Shown here: piece by piece, positions 54,041 to 64,000 of the stretch | Layout of the letters: the number at the start of each line of letters is the position of its first letter | Numbering within the stretch: position 1 is the stretch's first letter | Origin: an uncultured delta proteobacterium | GTDB lineage: Bacteria; Bdellovibrionota; FAC87; UBA2466 | Length of the DNA stretch: 64,000 nt | Direction of reading: 5' to 3' | Assembly: GCA_963778115.1 (NCBI GenBank) | Contig: CAVZSV010000004.1 | Coordinates: 544,001 to 608,000, forward strand | Made by a program: the position numbers and the translations under genes | Notes under the pieces: generated by a model | The model's input: the letters and a program-made list of their open reading frames with translations, nothing else | Database searches by the model: none | Told to the model about the DNA's origin: nothing

Positions 54041-55683
54041 TGGTAATGCACTTCGCAGAGCCTTGGGCGTTTTGGGGATTTCTTCCCGTAACCGCACTCG
54101 CGCTCATTATGATTCACTATCGAAAGGGTAACAGATTCCGCAGTCGCTTTTTCCTTTGCATCACCGCCTTGAGCCTTTGTGTCCTGGGGCTGGCACGCCC
54201 CCAGATGGGACACGTCGCGACCAATAGCCAAACGGCGAGATTTCAAATGTTTCTGGCCATGGATGTTTCAAATAGCATGTTGGCCACTGATGTGACTCCT
54301 AGCCGAATGGATTTTTCGATAACCTTCGCTGAGAAATTGATTCAAGAGCTAAAAGGGGTGAAAGTCGCTCTGTTTCCTTTCGCACTGGATGGCTATATGC
54401 AGATGCCGCTTACCAACGACTTGGCGGCCGCGGCTGATATGATCTCTTCTTTAAATCCTAATGTAACAACCAACCAGGGAACCGACATTTCGGCTTCACT
54501 TGAGACTCTGTTTCGCTACATCGCTCGGCTTGAGCGAGCCGCCAAGGCCAACGGCGCCGAGTGGTTTCCCACACAGGTCGTTCTGCTAAGCGACGGAGAG
54601 AGCCACTATCCCATCCGCGATGAAATCACTCGTCTTTATCGCAACGCCAGGATTCCCATCTTTACCGTGGGCATTGGAACGGCTTCCGGAAGTACGATTC
54701 CCACCGAGCGGCGATTGGGCGGCAGAGATACGTTGCGTGATCGCACGGGACAAGTGGTGAGAACCCAGCTTCATGCGGAAATGTTGCAAAGAATAAGCTC
54801 TCTCAGCGGCGGCGATTACTTCACCGCTCAGTTCAATGAGGTCGACAGGCTCGCTAAGCGACTCACGCAATCGGCGGAGATAGGAAAACTTTCCACTTCA
54901 TTTAAAGCAGACAAAGAGTTTTTCCCTCTATGTTTCTTAATCGCGTTATTGTTACTGATGGCCGAATTTGCCTCGGGACAGTGGGAATATGCAATTCGAG
55001 GTATTGCCCTGGGATGGCTATTGTTTTGGGTAGCGTCTCCGATGGTTAGCCATGCGCAAACAACCTCCGATCGAATAGCCGATTCAGCAACCGTTCCCGG
55101 GGCACAAAACAATGAATCGTCCGCTGACGTCGATGGGATGGACGATGAAACGCGCGCCATTCTGGAATATAACAACGCAACGGTGCTCACTCGACAGAAC
55201 AATCTCATCAAAGCGGCCGAGATGTTTCAAGAGAGTTCCCTATTGACGCAAGACCCGACGCTCAAGAAGAAGGCCCTCTACAACCTCGGCAACACGTTTC
55301 TAAAACAAGGGGATCTTGAACAGGCGATCGACTCCCTCCAACAGGCTTATGAAGTAAAGACAAAGACTAAAGAGTTCAATACTGAGGCAAATAAGAAAAT
55401 TTCCGATGAGTTGGCGCTAGCCTATCGACTTTTGGAAGAGATGAAAAAACAGCAGCAAAAGGATGGGAACGGAAAAGGAAATTCCCAAGGAGATGACGAC
55501 AAACCGGGCTCTGCTCCGCAAGACCAGAAGGGGCCTCAAAAATTTAAGGCACAGGATTTCGATGGAGCCCAAAAGCAGCGCATTTTCGACTTGGTGGCCG
55601 CGGAAGAACAGGAAGCGCTCCAAAGAATCCAAGAGCAAAAGAATCAGAATCACGTCTCCAAACTAAACGAAAAACCATGGTAA
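54040..55683 (+). CDS. BatB-like VWA protein fused to a BatC-like TPR region
   Basis: LARPQ, DVSNSM, PLTND, GTDI, LLSDGE, then TM segments, TPR ALYNLGN, a Q-rich linker and terminal KPW. Confidence 0.82.
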   Translation: MVMHFAEPWAFWGFLPVTALALIMIHYRKGNRFRSRFFLCITALSLCVLGLARPQMGHVATNSQTARFQMFLAMDVSNSMLATDVTPSRMDFSITFAEKLIQELKGVKVALFPFALDGYMQMPLTNDLAAAADMISSLNPNVTTNQGTDISASLETLFRYIARLERAAKANGAEWFPTQVVLLSDGESHYPIRDEITRLYRNARIPIFTVGIGTASGSTIPTERRLGGRDTLRDRTGQVVRTQLHAEMLQRISSLSGGDYFTAQFNEVDRLAKRLTQSAEIGKLSTSFKADKEFFPLCFLIALLLLMAEFASGQWEYAIRGIALGWLLFWVASPMVSHAQTTSDRIADSATVPGAQNNESSADVDGMDDETRAILEYNNATVLTRQNNLIKAAEMFQESSLLTQDPTLKKKALYNLGNTFLKQGDLEQAIDSLQQAYEVKTKTKEFNTEANKKISDELALAYRLLEEMKKQQQKDGNGKGNSQGDDDKPGSAPQDQKGPQKFKAQDFDGAQKQRIFDLVAAEEQEALQRIQEQKNQNHVSKLNEKPW

Positions 55684-56996
55684 GACTTCTTTCCTCGTTT
55701 GTCTTTTTTTTGCTAGCTCTACTCGGGACTCTCTCATGGAGTGCCGAAAACGAACCCGTCTTTAAAATGGAATTCTCGAAAAAGGAGGTCTACGTCGGCG
55801 AGCAAGTCATGTGTAACTTCGTCGTCTACTCGCCCGACACGGTAGTCGAAGTGGAGGTCGCTAAATTTCCCGAGTTCCGAGGTTTTTGGAAGGAGAACTT
55901 AGTCCTTCGCCAAGGGCCTATCCCCACTTCTCCAGGATTGCACGGTCAACTCAACCAAGCGGTCGTCGGAACTTATGTATTAACGCCCATGCAGGGGGAA
56001 CAGGATCCGCTCATCGAGCCGATGAAAGTCGTTATCCGCAATCCCAATAGCCATCTCATCGAAGGGAGCACCCCTCCAGATTTTACCTATAGTGACGGCC
56101 CCCCCCCAAAAATAAAGCCTTTGCCGAAATTACCAGCGGGGGAAGATCCTAAGGCTTTTACCGGAGCGGTGGGCCGATTTAGTTTCTATCCTGGAGATAA
56201 CCATGTTCCCTTTCAAAAAGAAGACCCTGCCCAATTTCGAATAACACTCACGGGACAGGGAAATTTCCAAGACATCAATGCACTTCCCCTCCCTTTCCCC
56301 GCGACCATGCAAGAGCTTTCCAGGCAATCTTTTCAGCAGGGCACTACTCAAGTGAACGCCAAGAGCTTCGAGTACACCGTTCAAATTCAAGGCGACCGTA
56401 CGTTCTCGCTACCAGCCGCTCCCTTCATTTATTTTGATCCGGATGCGGGAAATTACCAAAAAATTTATACGCCACCCATCGAATTCACGTTTCTAAAAAC
56501 CGAAGCGCCTACACCAGCGGAGGAGGAGACGCCGGCGCGATTAAGTCCACTTGAAACTTCGGTGTCCGTCTATCATCCGCTTTCCCAATCGCTTCCCTTC
56601 TGGATGGTGCAAATCGTAATTTTCCTAGGGCTCACTTTCTTTTCTTTGAAACGGCTACTTCGACTAAGAAGGCTAGACTTAAGTAAACGTCCCAGCTTCC
56701 AACGGCGGCAGCGACTTATCCAGGCTAGGGAACTTTTTCAATCTGGTCGTCTCGAGGCTTTCCTTAAAGAGGCCGACTCCCTAGCCCGGGACTGCCTCTC
56801 GGCCCGCATCAAAATCGCCCCGGGACTCCCCAAGTCCGAGCTTCTCAAACAGGCTAGTGGAAGAATCGAACCCAGTTTAATTACCGCCGCACAGAATATT
56901 TTCTCCGCTTATGAACAGTTAGCCTTCCGCCCCGACCACCAAGCCATCAATAATGCCGAAGGGATTGTGAAATCTCTTGAAAAATTAGTCGGTTAG
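55677..56996 (+). CDS. batD: BatD-family protein
   Basis: Signal peptide, K.EVYVGEQ, FTGAVGRF, ITLTGQGN, YFDP and a C-terminal TM. Confidence 0.8.
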   Translation: MVRLLSSFVFFLLALLGTLSWSAENEPVFKMEFSKKEVYVGEQVMCNFVVYSPDTVVEVEVAKFPEFRGFWKENLVLRQGPIPTSPGLHGQLNQAVVGTYVLTPMQGEQDPLIEPMKVVIRNPNSHLIEGSTPPDFTYSDGPPPKIKPLPKLPAGEDPKAFTGAVGRFSFYPGDNHVPFQKEDPAQFRITLTGQGNFQDINALPLPFPATMQELSRQSFQQGTTQVNAKSFEYTVQIQGDRTFSLPAAPFIYFDPDAGNYQKIYTPPIEFTFLKTEAPTPAEEETPARLSPLETSVSVYHPLSQSLPFWMVQIVIFLGLTFFSLKRLLRLRRLDLSKRPSFQRRQRLIQARELFQSGRLEAFLKEADSLARDCLSARIKIAPGLPKSELLKQASGRIEPSLITAAQNIFSAYEQLAFRPDHQAINNAEGIVKSLEKLVG

Positions 56997-57086
56997 CTCG
57001 AGGTGATGGCAAGCGCATTGGAGTTGACTTCCTGAATTATTTCCATAACATATAGGGCCTTCGAAGGACTATTGAGGAGACAAGTA

Positions 57087-57299
57087 GTGGCAAGAATTAC
57101 CGTAGAAGATTGTTTAGAAAGAGTTCCTAATCGGTTTGAGCTAATCCATCTGGCTTCCAAACGCGTGAAACAGATCGCCAAAGGCTCAAAGCCTCTGATT
57201 TCCCAACCCGGAAATAAGGCGGCCGTATTGGCGCTTCGTGAAATCGCGGCTGGATTCGTGGATAAAGTGAAGACCAGCGACAAGAACGGTTCGACGTAA
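57087..57299 (+). CDS. rpoZ: RNA polymerase omega subunit
   Basis: MARITVEDCLERVPNRFEL..LASKR..Q...NK..VLALREIA. GAGGAG RBS. Confidence 0.95.
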   Translation: MARITVEDCLERVPNRFELIHLASKRVKQIAKGSKPLISQPGNKAAVLALREIAAGFVDKVKTSDKNGST

Positions 57300-57520
57300 C
57301 TCTTGTCCAAAATAGTCGCAACGTAACCCCCATTACGTGAAGCGCGTCCTCCTGTAGAGCGTGGCGAAGCGTGACTGTTTTGATGGCGTTTGGTTTGAGC
57401 AAAATGAAGTTAAAACTTCTATCAGTTCCCCATGCGCTACTAAATGGCGGTCTTTGCAGCCTCAAGGGCTAAGGTTAGCAGCTCACGTCTTGGAGCAGAT
57501 CGCTATTGAGGAGATCTCTA

Positions 57521-58972
57521 ATGAAGAAAAGTCTCATTAACACTCTTGTCATGATCGTTATTCTGGCAGGAATGGTAGCTTGGTACCTCATCTACGAAAA
57601 GCGAGTGCGGCCCGAACAAAAGATTGCGGAAGAAAAAGAAAAACTGCTCTTTACTGAAAAACAAGATGCTATCCAGTACATCACGATAAGTCCGCGCCAA
57701 CCTAAAACAGCCGATGCCAAAAATCCCGCCGAACCCACGATCAAACTTAAGAAGACGGGAAATGATTGGAGCATAATCGAGCCTATTACCGATACGGCTG
57801 AAAATGCCAATGTGACTCAGATCCTAAACACACTGGCGACGACGAGCTACGAACGCATCGTGGAAGAGCACGCGAAAGATCTAGCTACTTACGGCCTCTC
57901 CGACCCGTCCCTGAAAGTGACCTTAACGAAAGATGCGAACTCTCCCGGCGAAACCATCCTTTTGGGAGATGATACTCCCGTAGGAGCGGGAGTTTATGCT
58001 AAGACCGCGCAGGGCGACACCGTCTACAAAATGCCAGCGTCCTTTAAGTCGTCGCTTAATAAGAAACTCTTTGATCTCAGAAATAAGAGGTTGATTGATT
58101 TTGCGCGATTTGAAGTCTCTGAAGTCGAAGTGCAAGAAGGGAAAGATTCGTTCCTTTTAACCAAGGGAGCCAAAGAGGACTGGATGCTAGCTAGAGACAA
58201 CATTCCCGCCGATACCTCTGAAGTGAATAAGTTACTCACGGCAACCGTGGATCTAAGGGCCAAAACATTCGCTTCGGAAGACGGTAAGAACTTAGCTCAG
58301 TATGGTCTTGCTTCTCCCGCGGTAAAGGTGGCTTTAACTAAAGGAAAGGATAAAGACAAAAAACAGGTCTCCCTATGGTTAGGAAAGACTAAAGATAAGT
58401 TTTACGCAAAACGCGAAGACAAACCGGTCGTCATCGAAATCGAAAAAGACGCGTTTGAAAAAGCAAGCCGGCCGGGGACCGCATACCGAAGTCTAGAACT
58501 CGCCAAGTTTAACCGCTTTGACGTCAATCAGATCCGTTTGGAGAGAGGCCACCAACTGATTGATCTCACCAAAGATGACAAAGACTGGTCGCTTGTGGGA
58601 GAACCCAAATTTAAGGTCGATACCACTAAAGTAGACGGGTTGCTTGCCCAGCTCCAAGACACGAAAGCTCTCAAATATCTTTCCAAAGCCGATTCCAAAT
58701 TGGTCAAATCGCCGGCGCTGAAAGTCCAAATCTTCGAAAAGTCGGGCACCAAAGACAAACCTAAGGTTATCCTCGTCTTCGGCAAGAAGCAGAAAGATTT
58801 CATTCCTGTCGTTCGAGAAGGATTAGATCTTCCTCTGGCTATCAAAGAAGCAGATTTTTCTAAAATTGACTTAGGCAAACATGTTTTTGAGAAAGCCCCA
58901 GAGCCGACGGCCGCCCCTAAAGTGCAAGAGGAAAAAAGTGGCCTCAATCCAGCTTCCCCAAATAAAAGTTGA
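57521..58972 (+). CDS. DUF4340 repeat protein
   Basis: N-terminal TM followed by repeated units (W.I.EP...LATYGLSDP, LAQYGLASP, DLRNK). Confidence 0.8.
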   Translation: MKKSLINTLVMIVILAGMVAWYLIYEKRVRPEQKIAEEKEKLLFTEKQDAIQYITISPRQPKTADAKNPAEPTIKLKKTGNDWSIIEPITDTAENANVTQILNTLATTSYERIVEEHAKDLATYGLSDPSLKVTLTKDANSPGETILLGDDTPVGAGVYAKTAQGDTVYKMPASFKSSLNKKLFDLRNKRLIDFARFEVSEVEVQEGKDSFLLTKGAKEDWMLARDNIPADTSEVNKLLTATVDLRAKTFASEDGKNLAQYGLASPAVKVALTKGKDKDKKQVSLWLGKTKDKFYAKREDKPVVIEIEKDAFEKASRPGTAYRSLELAKFNRFDVNQIRLERGHQLIDLTKDDKDWSLVGEPKFKVDTTKVDGLLAQLQDTKALKYLSKADSKLVKSPALKVQIFEKSGTKDKPKVILVFGKKQKDFIPVVREGLDLPLAIKEADFSKIDLGKHVFEKAPEPTAAPKVQEEKSGLNPASPNKS

Positions 58973-59006
58973 GTAAACGGTGACTATTAAGCCGAGGAGT
59001 TAGCAG

Positions 59007-59798
59007 ATGATGTCAAACGTAAAAGGTCGATGGGCGTTGATCCTAGGAGCTTCCAGCGGGTTCGGGGAAGCTATCTCCGTAAAACTAGCGGAAAGCGGAA
59101 TGAACATCGCTGGCGTTCATCTCGATCGAAAAGGAACATTGCCACACGTCGAAGAGGTCGTACAAAAGATAAAAAGTTTTGGAACTAAAGCGATGTTCTT
59201 CAATGTGAATGCGGCGGATAAGGAAAAGCGTCAGGAGGTCCTGACTGAATTGGCTAAGCAAGCTGAGACCGGAGTCCATTGTCTTGTTCACTCACTGGCC
59301 TTTGGAACTTTGAAACCTTTCGTTACCAAGGAAGAGAAAGAGCGGATATCCAAAGAGCAGATGGAGATGACTCTCGATGTGATGGCCAATAGTTTGGTCT
59401 ACTGGACTCAAGACCTGTTCCAAAAAGACATGCTCCCCAAGGGATCTCGCATTTTTGCCATGACCTCTTCCGGAGGAACCCGGGTATGGCCTACTTATGG
59501 AGCGGTTTCAGGAGCCAAAGCAGCTCTGGAATCTCATTGCCGGCAGCTGGCCCTTGAATTGGGAAGCCATGGAGTTTCAGTGAATGCGATTCGTGCCGGA
59601 GTGACCGACACGCCAGCCCTTAGAAAAATCCCTGGCCATGAAAAAATGATTGAGATTGCCTCCACTCGAAATCCTTGGGGAAGACTCACTACTCCTCAGG
59701 ATGTCGCCGAAATGGTCTCTCTTCTAGTTCATGATGAAGCTGCTTGGCTTACGGGAAATACACTGGGTGTTGATGGCGGCGAAGATATTGTCGGCTAA
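59007..59798 (+). CDS. SDR oxidoreductase, FabL-like enoyl-ACP reductase
   Basis: LGASSGFG, YGAVSGAK (Yx6K), VNAIRAG.TDT.AL and VDGG. Confidence 0.85.
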   Translation: MMSNVKGRWALILGASSGFGEAISVKLAESGMNIAGVHLDRKGTLPHVEEVVQKIKSFGTKAMFFNVNAADKEKRQEVLTELAKQAETGVHCLVHSLAFGTLKPFVTKEEKERISKEQMEMTLDVMANSLVYWTQDLFQKDMLPKGSRIFAMTSSGGTRVWPTYGAVSGAKAALESHCRQLALELGSHGVSVNAIRAGVTDTPALRKIPGHEKMIEIASTRNPWGRLTTPQDVAEMVSLLVHDEAAWLTGNTLGVDGGEDIVG

Positions 59799-59800
59799 AC

Positions 59801-60304
59801 ATGGATAATTTCCTTTTATATCTTTGGCTAGCTTCGATGGGAATCTCCACAATCGGATGTCTCGTTCTAATCATTGTTAGCGTCTACCAAAATAAGAAAA
59901 GTGGAAAGCCCTGGCTGAAGACGAGAACAGCGCAGTTTGCGACCACTTTTTGGCAAAGTGTACTTGGAGTTCCCATCCTAGTTGTGGTCTGCTGTAAAAT
60001 CGCAGCTCACGTCTCAAGCCCTCTTATTGCCCCTGTCCTTCCCTTAATAATCGTTCTGGTGTTTACCGTTATTGCGATCCGTAGGTCCGCCACCGTTCAA
60101 AATTCCCTGGATTGGAAAATTCTTCTTCTGACCGCCATCTCCTGGATCCCGGTAACGGTGTATGTCTATTTCTTTTGGGAAATCTTCAGAACAACTGGTG
60201 GATATATTCCGATCCCTGAAATGGTCATGCTGGTTTACAGCCCCGTCTGTATCCTTATGACGCTATGGGCATCTAATCTCTTTGTTCCGCGCCCTGAAAC
60301 TTAG
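59801..60304 (+). CDS. Hypothetical membrane protein
   Basis: About 5 hydrophobic segments; starts 2 bp after the SDR stop. Confidence 0.65.
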   Translation: MDNFLLYLWLASMGISTIGCLVLIIVSVYQNKKSGKPWLKTRTAQFATTFWQSVLGVPILVVVCCKIAAHVSSPLIAPVLPLIIVLVFTVIAIRRSATVQNSLDWKILLLTAISWIPVTVYVYFFWEIFRTTGGYIPIPEMVMLVYSPVCILMTLWASNLFVPRPET

Positions 60305-61095
60305 GGAATCGCTATTTCAGGACTTTGAGAGGTCTGCGTCTGCAGAGAAGAGCTTCCTTGAATTCCCCGAAGCACTTGGGTGAGCAGTCGATAGCTTCGT
60401 TTGCTAGTTAAGAATCCCCCATGCGAGACTCCGGGGATTTCGATCGATTCGACGGAGCCAGGATCAGCGGCTAGCATATTAATTCGTGTCGCTTTAAGAG
60501 GGCAAAGCAGGTCGTCCTTGGAGCAAATCGAAATCATGCGAAAACCGACCGGAAGTCGGGTGTGATTAATTTTTTTAATGAAAGGAGAAATTGGCAACAT
60601 CTGAAGTAAGCATCGAGCCTTAAGAATAAGATGACAAAATAACCCCATGACGGCCAGCCAGGTTCCTTGGTGTGGAGTGGCAAGCGTCACCAATCCATCA
60701 CAATAATGAAAGCCTCCCAGTTGTTGGACATAATACCGGGCGACCAGTCCTCCGGCCGAATGCGCCACTAAATAGATCTGAGTGTTTCCTCGACACGGTC
60801 CTTTTCTTAATTTCAAAACGACTGAGGATAGTTTTTCGGCCATCCTATATAACCCCTGCACTCCATCAGAGAGAGCCTGCCAATCAAGCGCCAGAATAAC
60901 TACGCTATACCCATCTTTCTTTAATCTACGACGCATCACCGACAGGTTGCGATTCGTGGCGGCAAAACCGGAAACTAAGATTATGGTGGGTTTACTTCCA
61001 TCGACCTGTTCAAGTCTTTCCCATTCAGGCAAAGCTCTCCCCGGCAGGACTTGGAATAGGTCGGATAGCAGGGATCGAAAATGGCGCCAGCTCAC
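60301..61095 (-). CDS. Lipase/esterase-like alpha/beta hydrolase
   Basis: AHSAGG nucleophile, LATPHQGT, DDLL and SHGG. Confidence 0.85.
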   Translation of the reverse strand: MSWRHFRSLLSDLFQVLPGRALPEWERLEQVDGSKPTIILVSGFAATNRNLSVMRRRLKKDGYSVVILALDWQALSDGVQGLYRMAEKLSSVVLKLRKGPCRGNTQIYLVAHSAGGLVARYYVQQLGGFHYCDGLVTLATPHQGTWLAVMGLFCHLILKARCLLQMLPISPFIKKINHTRLPVGFRMISICSKDDLLCPLKATRINMLAADPGSVESIEIPGVSHGGFLTSKRSYRLLTQVLRGIQGSSSLQTQTSQSPEIAIP

Positions 61096-61148
61096 TACTC
61101 ACATTCGGCTCATTCTTTGAATCGAATGAGTGAAGTGAATATGATTTT

Positions 61149-61658
61149 TTACTTCGGTGCGGTCGCGGGAGGCGGCGGCTTTAGCGGAACATTTTTTTGG
61201 ATGTAAGCAACGATGGCATTGACGTCTTTTAGTCCACCCACCGTAAGGGACTTGTATTGGGAGTCATACAGCATCGCTCCCCCCGTATAGACGAGTTGGA
61301 TTTGTCGATTTTCAGTGGAGGGATTAGAAAAAACTCTAGTCAATAGCTGCAACGTGGCATCCGCTTCGAACTTAAGCCCCACCCCTTGATAGCCCGACTT
61401 ATCCAAAATTTGTTTGAGTTCGTTATAGGCCGGACTTTCCTGGGCTTCGGGAGTCTGATTGAGCTCCGCTTCGTTATTTACTTGAGTGAGAACACTCGAG
61501 CGCGACGCGCAACTAAAGAGAAAAACTAAAGAAACCGATAAAACAAGGGTGCGCGTTAGGAATTTTTTAGAAGGTAAATTTCGCCTAGATGGTTGATTAT
61601 TCAGTAATGTAGCCACGATTTTTCCCCCTTTCTGAATAGTTCCTAAAGATCTTACCAC
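61149..61658 (-). CDS. Hypothetical lipoprotein
   Basis: Lipobox-like LFLFSC. The true start is uncertain and probably downstream of 61658. Confidence 0.55.
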   Translation of the reverse strand: MVRSLGTIQKGGKIVATLLNNQPSRRNLPSKKFLTRTLVLSVSLVFLFSCASRSSVLTQVNNEAELNQTPEAQESPAYNELKQILDKSGYQGVGLKFEADATLQLLTRVFSNPSTENRQIQLVYTGGAMLYDSQYKSLTVGGLKDVNAIVAYIQKNVPLKPPPPATAPK

Positions 61659-61690
61659 AAATTCCCGATGTATCGATTGTGGAGGTACTA

Positions 61691-62769
61691 GTGCGTTTTG
61701 GAGTTACCATAACCTGCGTCGCTTTTTTAATGACGGCGTTGGTATCCACCGGGGCAAAGGCTTCATCTGACGACGGGTCGTTCTCTAAATACAGATCCGT
61801 AAATTTAGATTTCGCCGTAACAGCGCGAAAAACTTCGAACGCCTGGTAATAGAATTTTCTAAAAAGTCGGGAGACTCCAAGCCCGTCGTTCGAATCGATG
61901 CTCCCAGTTCTGGAAAAGATGCTACGATCGAAATCGATCAGGCAAGTCTGGTAGGTGCTATTCCGGAAGCCTTGATCAACGACTCGTATGTTCCCCGAAG
62001 CCGTTTCTTGGGGCCGGTTTCCATTAATACGGATGGGCCAAGCTCAGGATTTACTATCCGAACCTTTTTGAAAACCCCCGTCGGGGTGGACGCTTTTTGG
62101 TTAGACCATCCAGCTCGTTTAGTTCTCGATGTCTTTCCTGCCAACTCGCCTCGAGTTGAGGGACGCGTTCCTGAACCTTTCGATCGTGCCGTCGCTAGCT
62201 ATCGTCCGAGTAACGACGATGCAGCCAATGGACCTATCGTTTGCTATCCCATCTCTTCCGCGGTCTCCGCTCAAGTGATGTTCCATTCTCAAAGTTCGCC
62301 GGCAATGCCTTATGCTTCAGTGGAGGGATTGTCCTCGGGCGCGGGGAACGGTCCGGAGCCGGTCATCTGTTTTATGGCTTCGTCTCGAGTATTGCCGACA
62401 GTCTCCTATCGTCCGAAATCAATGGATTCGGGCAACTACGTCCAATGGGAGGGGGGATTCGGAGCCAGACAACCAAGCTCGGAAGGAAGTCTCTTCGGCG
62501 GCGCGGGTATGTCAAACGGGCTTCCGGGATTACCACCCATACCGCAACCGCCTTCCGGCCAAGCTCCTGCTATTTTGGGGGCTGCAAAACCTCCCGCTGG
62601 CGGTTTAGTGGTTCCCGATATCAGCCCCGGCAGAACGCCGCTGGGAGCTTCCTTGGCAAATCCGGCAACCGTACAGAGATTGCCCGGCATGGGAGTACCG
62701 GTGGGACCCAAAATTCCTAGTCTCAGCGGCCTGACGTCCCCGACCCCACTTCCCCCCCCGACAAAATAA
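61691..62769 (+). CDS. Secreted protein with AMIN-like domain and Pro/Gly-rich tail, frameshift near 61785
   Basis: GGAGG RBS, GTG 61691 and a signal peptide. FERLVIEF and FWLDHPARLVLDV lie in the frame of ORF 61972-62769. Confidence 0.55.
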
Positions 62770-62866
62770 TCGCTGGAAGTTACCGGCTCTCTACGACGCT
62801 TGCATTCCTATTCGCCTTTTTCATATTTAGCCTGTCTCCCCAAGGTATGATAGGCTCCTCAATTAA

Positions 62867-64000
62867 GTGCGTAGCCGTTCCCGTCGACACCAACATAAGC
62901 ATCCCCCCCTTTCTAAGCGAACCTATATCGGGAGAATCCAAAAAAATCCCCGTGGTTTTGCTTTCGTCCTCTCCGAAGAGCGGGGGGGAGCTGATGTATA
63001 TGTTCCTAAATCGGAAGCCACTTTCTTGCTCAATTCCGACAAAGTGGAATACCGCGTCCATCGCGATGGAAAGCGCAGTAATGCGGAAATCATCCGCATT
63101 TTGGAGCGGGGCCAGACGGAGATTTTGGGGCTTGTTCACAAATGGCGAAATGTGTACGTGGTTGCCATCAACGAATACGGAGCCTTTCTTCTCGATCGCA
63201 CCACCGCCAACCCGCCCCTCGGAGAATGGGTTATCGCGCGTTTTGTCCGCTACCCCACTCGCGAACAAGACGGTGTCGTCGCCATTAAAGACGTTTTAGG
63301 GGCTCAGCTTTTACCTAAGCATGATATTGAAATTACCGTCGCAAAATATGGAATCGAAACGGGCTATGACGAAGCCGCCGTACGGGAAGCGCAGGATTTA
63401 AGAAAGGAATGTGAGCGCGAACTCTGTTCTCCCTCAAAGAAGAGGAAAGATCTTAGGGCGCTTCCCTTTGTCACCATAGACGGAGAAACCGCAAAAGATT
63501 TTGATGACGCGGTACTCGTCGATACTTCGGATAAAAAAAGTGCTTTCATCCTCTATGTAGCTATTGCAGATGTCAGTTTCTTTGTTAGAGAACAGACTCT
63601 ACTCGACAAAGCGGCGCGACGCCGAGGCACCAGCGTTTACTTTCCGGGGACTGCAATTCCGATGCTTCCCGAAGTTCTATCCAACGATTTGTGCAGTCTA
63701 AACCCCAAGACCGATAAGCTGACTCTGACCGCCGAAATGCATATGGATCGAGAAGGGAATGTGACCGCCTCCCATTTCTATGAAAGCATCATTCGGACTG
63801 CTGCCAGACTAACCTATAACGACGTGCACGACTTTAACGAAGACAAAAAGCCCATTCCTCCTGAATTAGAAGAGCCGATGAAGGCCGCGTACGCGCTTTT
63901 TCGCAAAATGCGAATCCAGAGAAAGTCTCGCGGAGTTCTCGATTTTGATCTTCCCGAGAGCGAAATCGAGCTTAACAGCGAAGGCGAGCCGATTGATATC
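62867..64000 (+). CDS. rnr: Ribonuclease R, partial, runs off the window
   Basis: Absent from the ORF track. Open frame from GTG 62867 with cold-shock-like NPRGFAFV and RNB motifs VTIDGETAKDFDDA, LYVAIADVS and RGTSVYFP...PMLPEVLSNDLCSL. Confidence 0.92.
   Translation, partial: MRSRSRRHQHKHPPLSKRTYIGRIQKNPRGFAFVLSEERGGADVYVPKSEATFLLNSDKVEYRVHRDGKRSNAEIIRILERGQTEILGLVHKWRNVYVVAINEYGAFLLDRTTANPPLGEWVIARFVRYPTREQDGVVAIKDVLGAQLLPKHDIEITVAKYGIETGYDEAAVREAQDLRKECERELCSPSKKRKDLRALPFVTIDGETAKDFDDAVLVDTSDKKSAFILYVAIADVSFFVREQTLLDKAARRRGTSVYFPGTAIPMLPEVLSNDLCSLNPKTDKLTLTAEMHMDREGNVTASHFYESIIRTAARLTYNDVHDFNEDKKPIPPELEEPMKAAYALFRKMRIQRKSRGVLDFDLPESEIELNSEGEPIDI

Noticed and set aside
57300..57520. tRNA or ncRNA after rpoZ
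   Set aside because: No cloverleaf, T-loop or convincing stems seen by eye.
62780..63549. ORFs 62780-63268, 62847-63299 and 63364-63549
   Set aside because: Shadows of rnr, which is open from 62867 to the window end.

Overview
Mostly housekeeping bacterial chromosome, tightly packed with genes. The gene mix (PilZ and CRP-like regulators, Flp-type pilin, ast genes, Bat operon, class I LysRS, many orphan secreted proteins) suggests a Bdellovibrionota/Oligoflexia-like or related delta-type lineage; this is inference only. Core genes: kamDE, opp/dpp ATPases, miaB, trmL, der-era-rnc, ispH, astA, mltG, hbd, 7TM-HD/ybeY, lolC/E-like, lysS (class I), moxR-DUF58-bat, rpoZ and rnr. One complete IS4-family element (9-bp target duplication) sits inside a palindromic element next to a truncated ruvX. 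I recognised no rRNA, tRNA or CRISPR array. Several genes carry indels, some at homopolymers, which look like sequencing errors. Best candidates for undescribed systems: (1) B12/PLP lysine 5,6-aminomutase translationally coupled to a MoxR AAA+/VWA pair, a possible new reactivase or chaperone; (2) a three-gene cassette of YIDPGTG micropeptide, kinase-like/methyltransferase fusion and Thr-nucleophile membrane phosphotransferase; (3) an intact AstD-like aldehyde dehydrogenase lacking its catalytic Cys, behind a hairpin-rich 200-nt leader; (4) a candidate sRNA bounded by a promoter and terminator at about 43.25-43.42 kb. All family calls come from motifs recognised by eye, not database searches.
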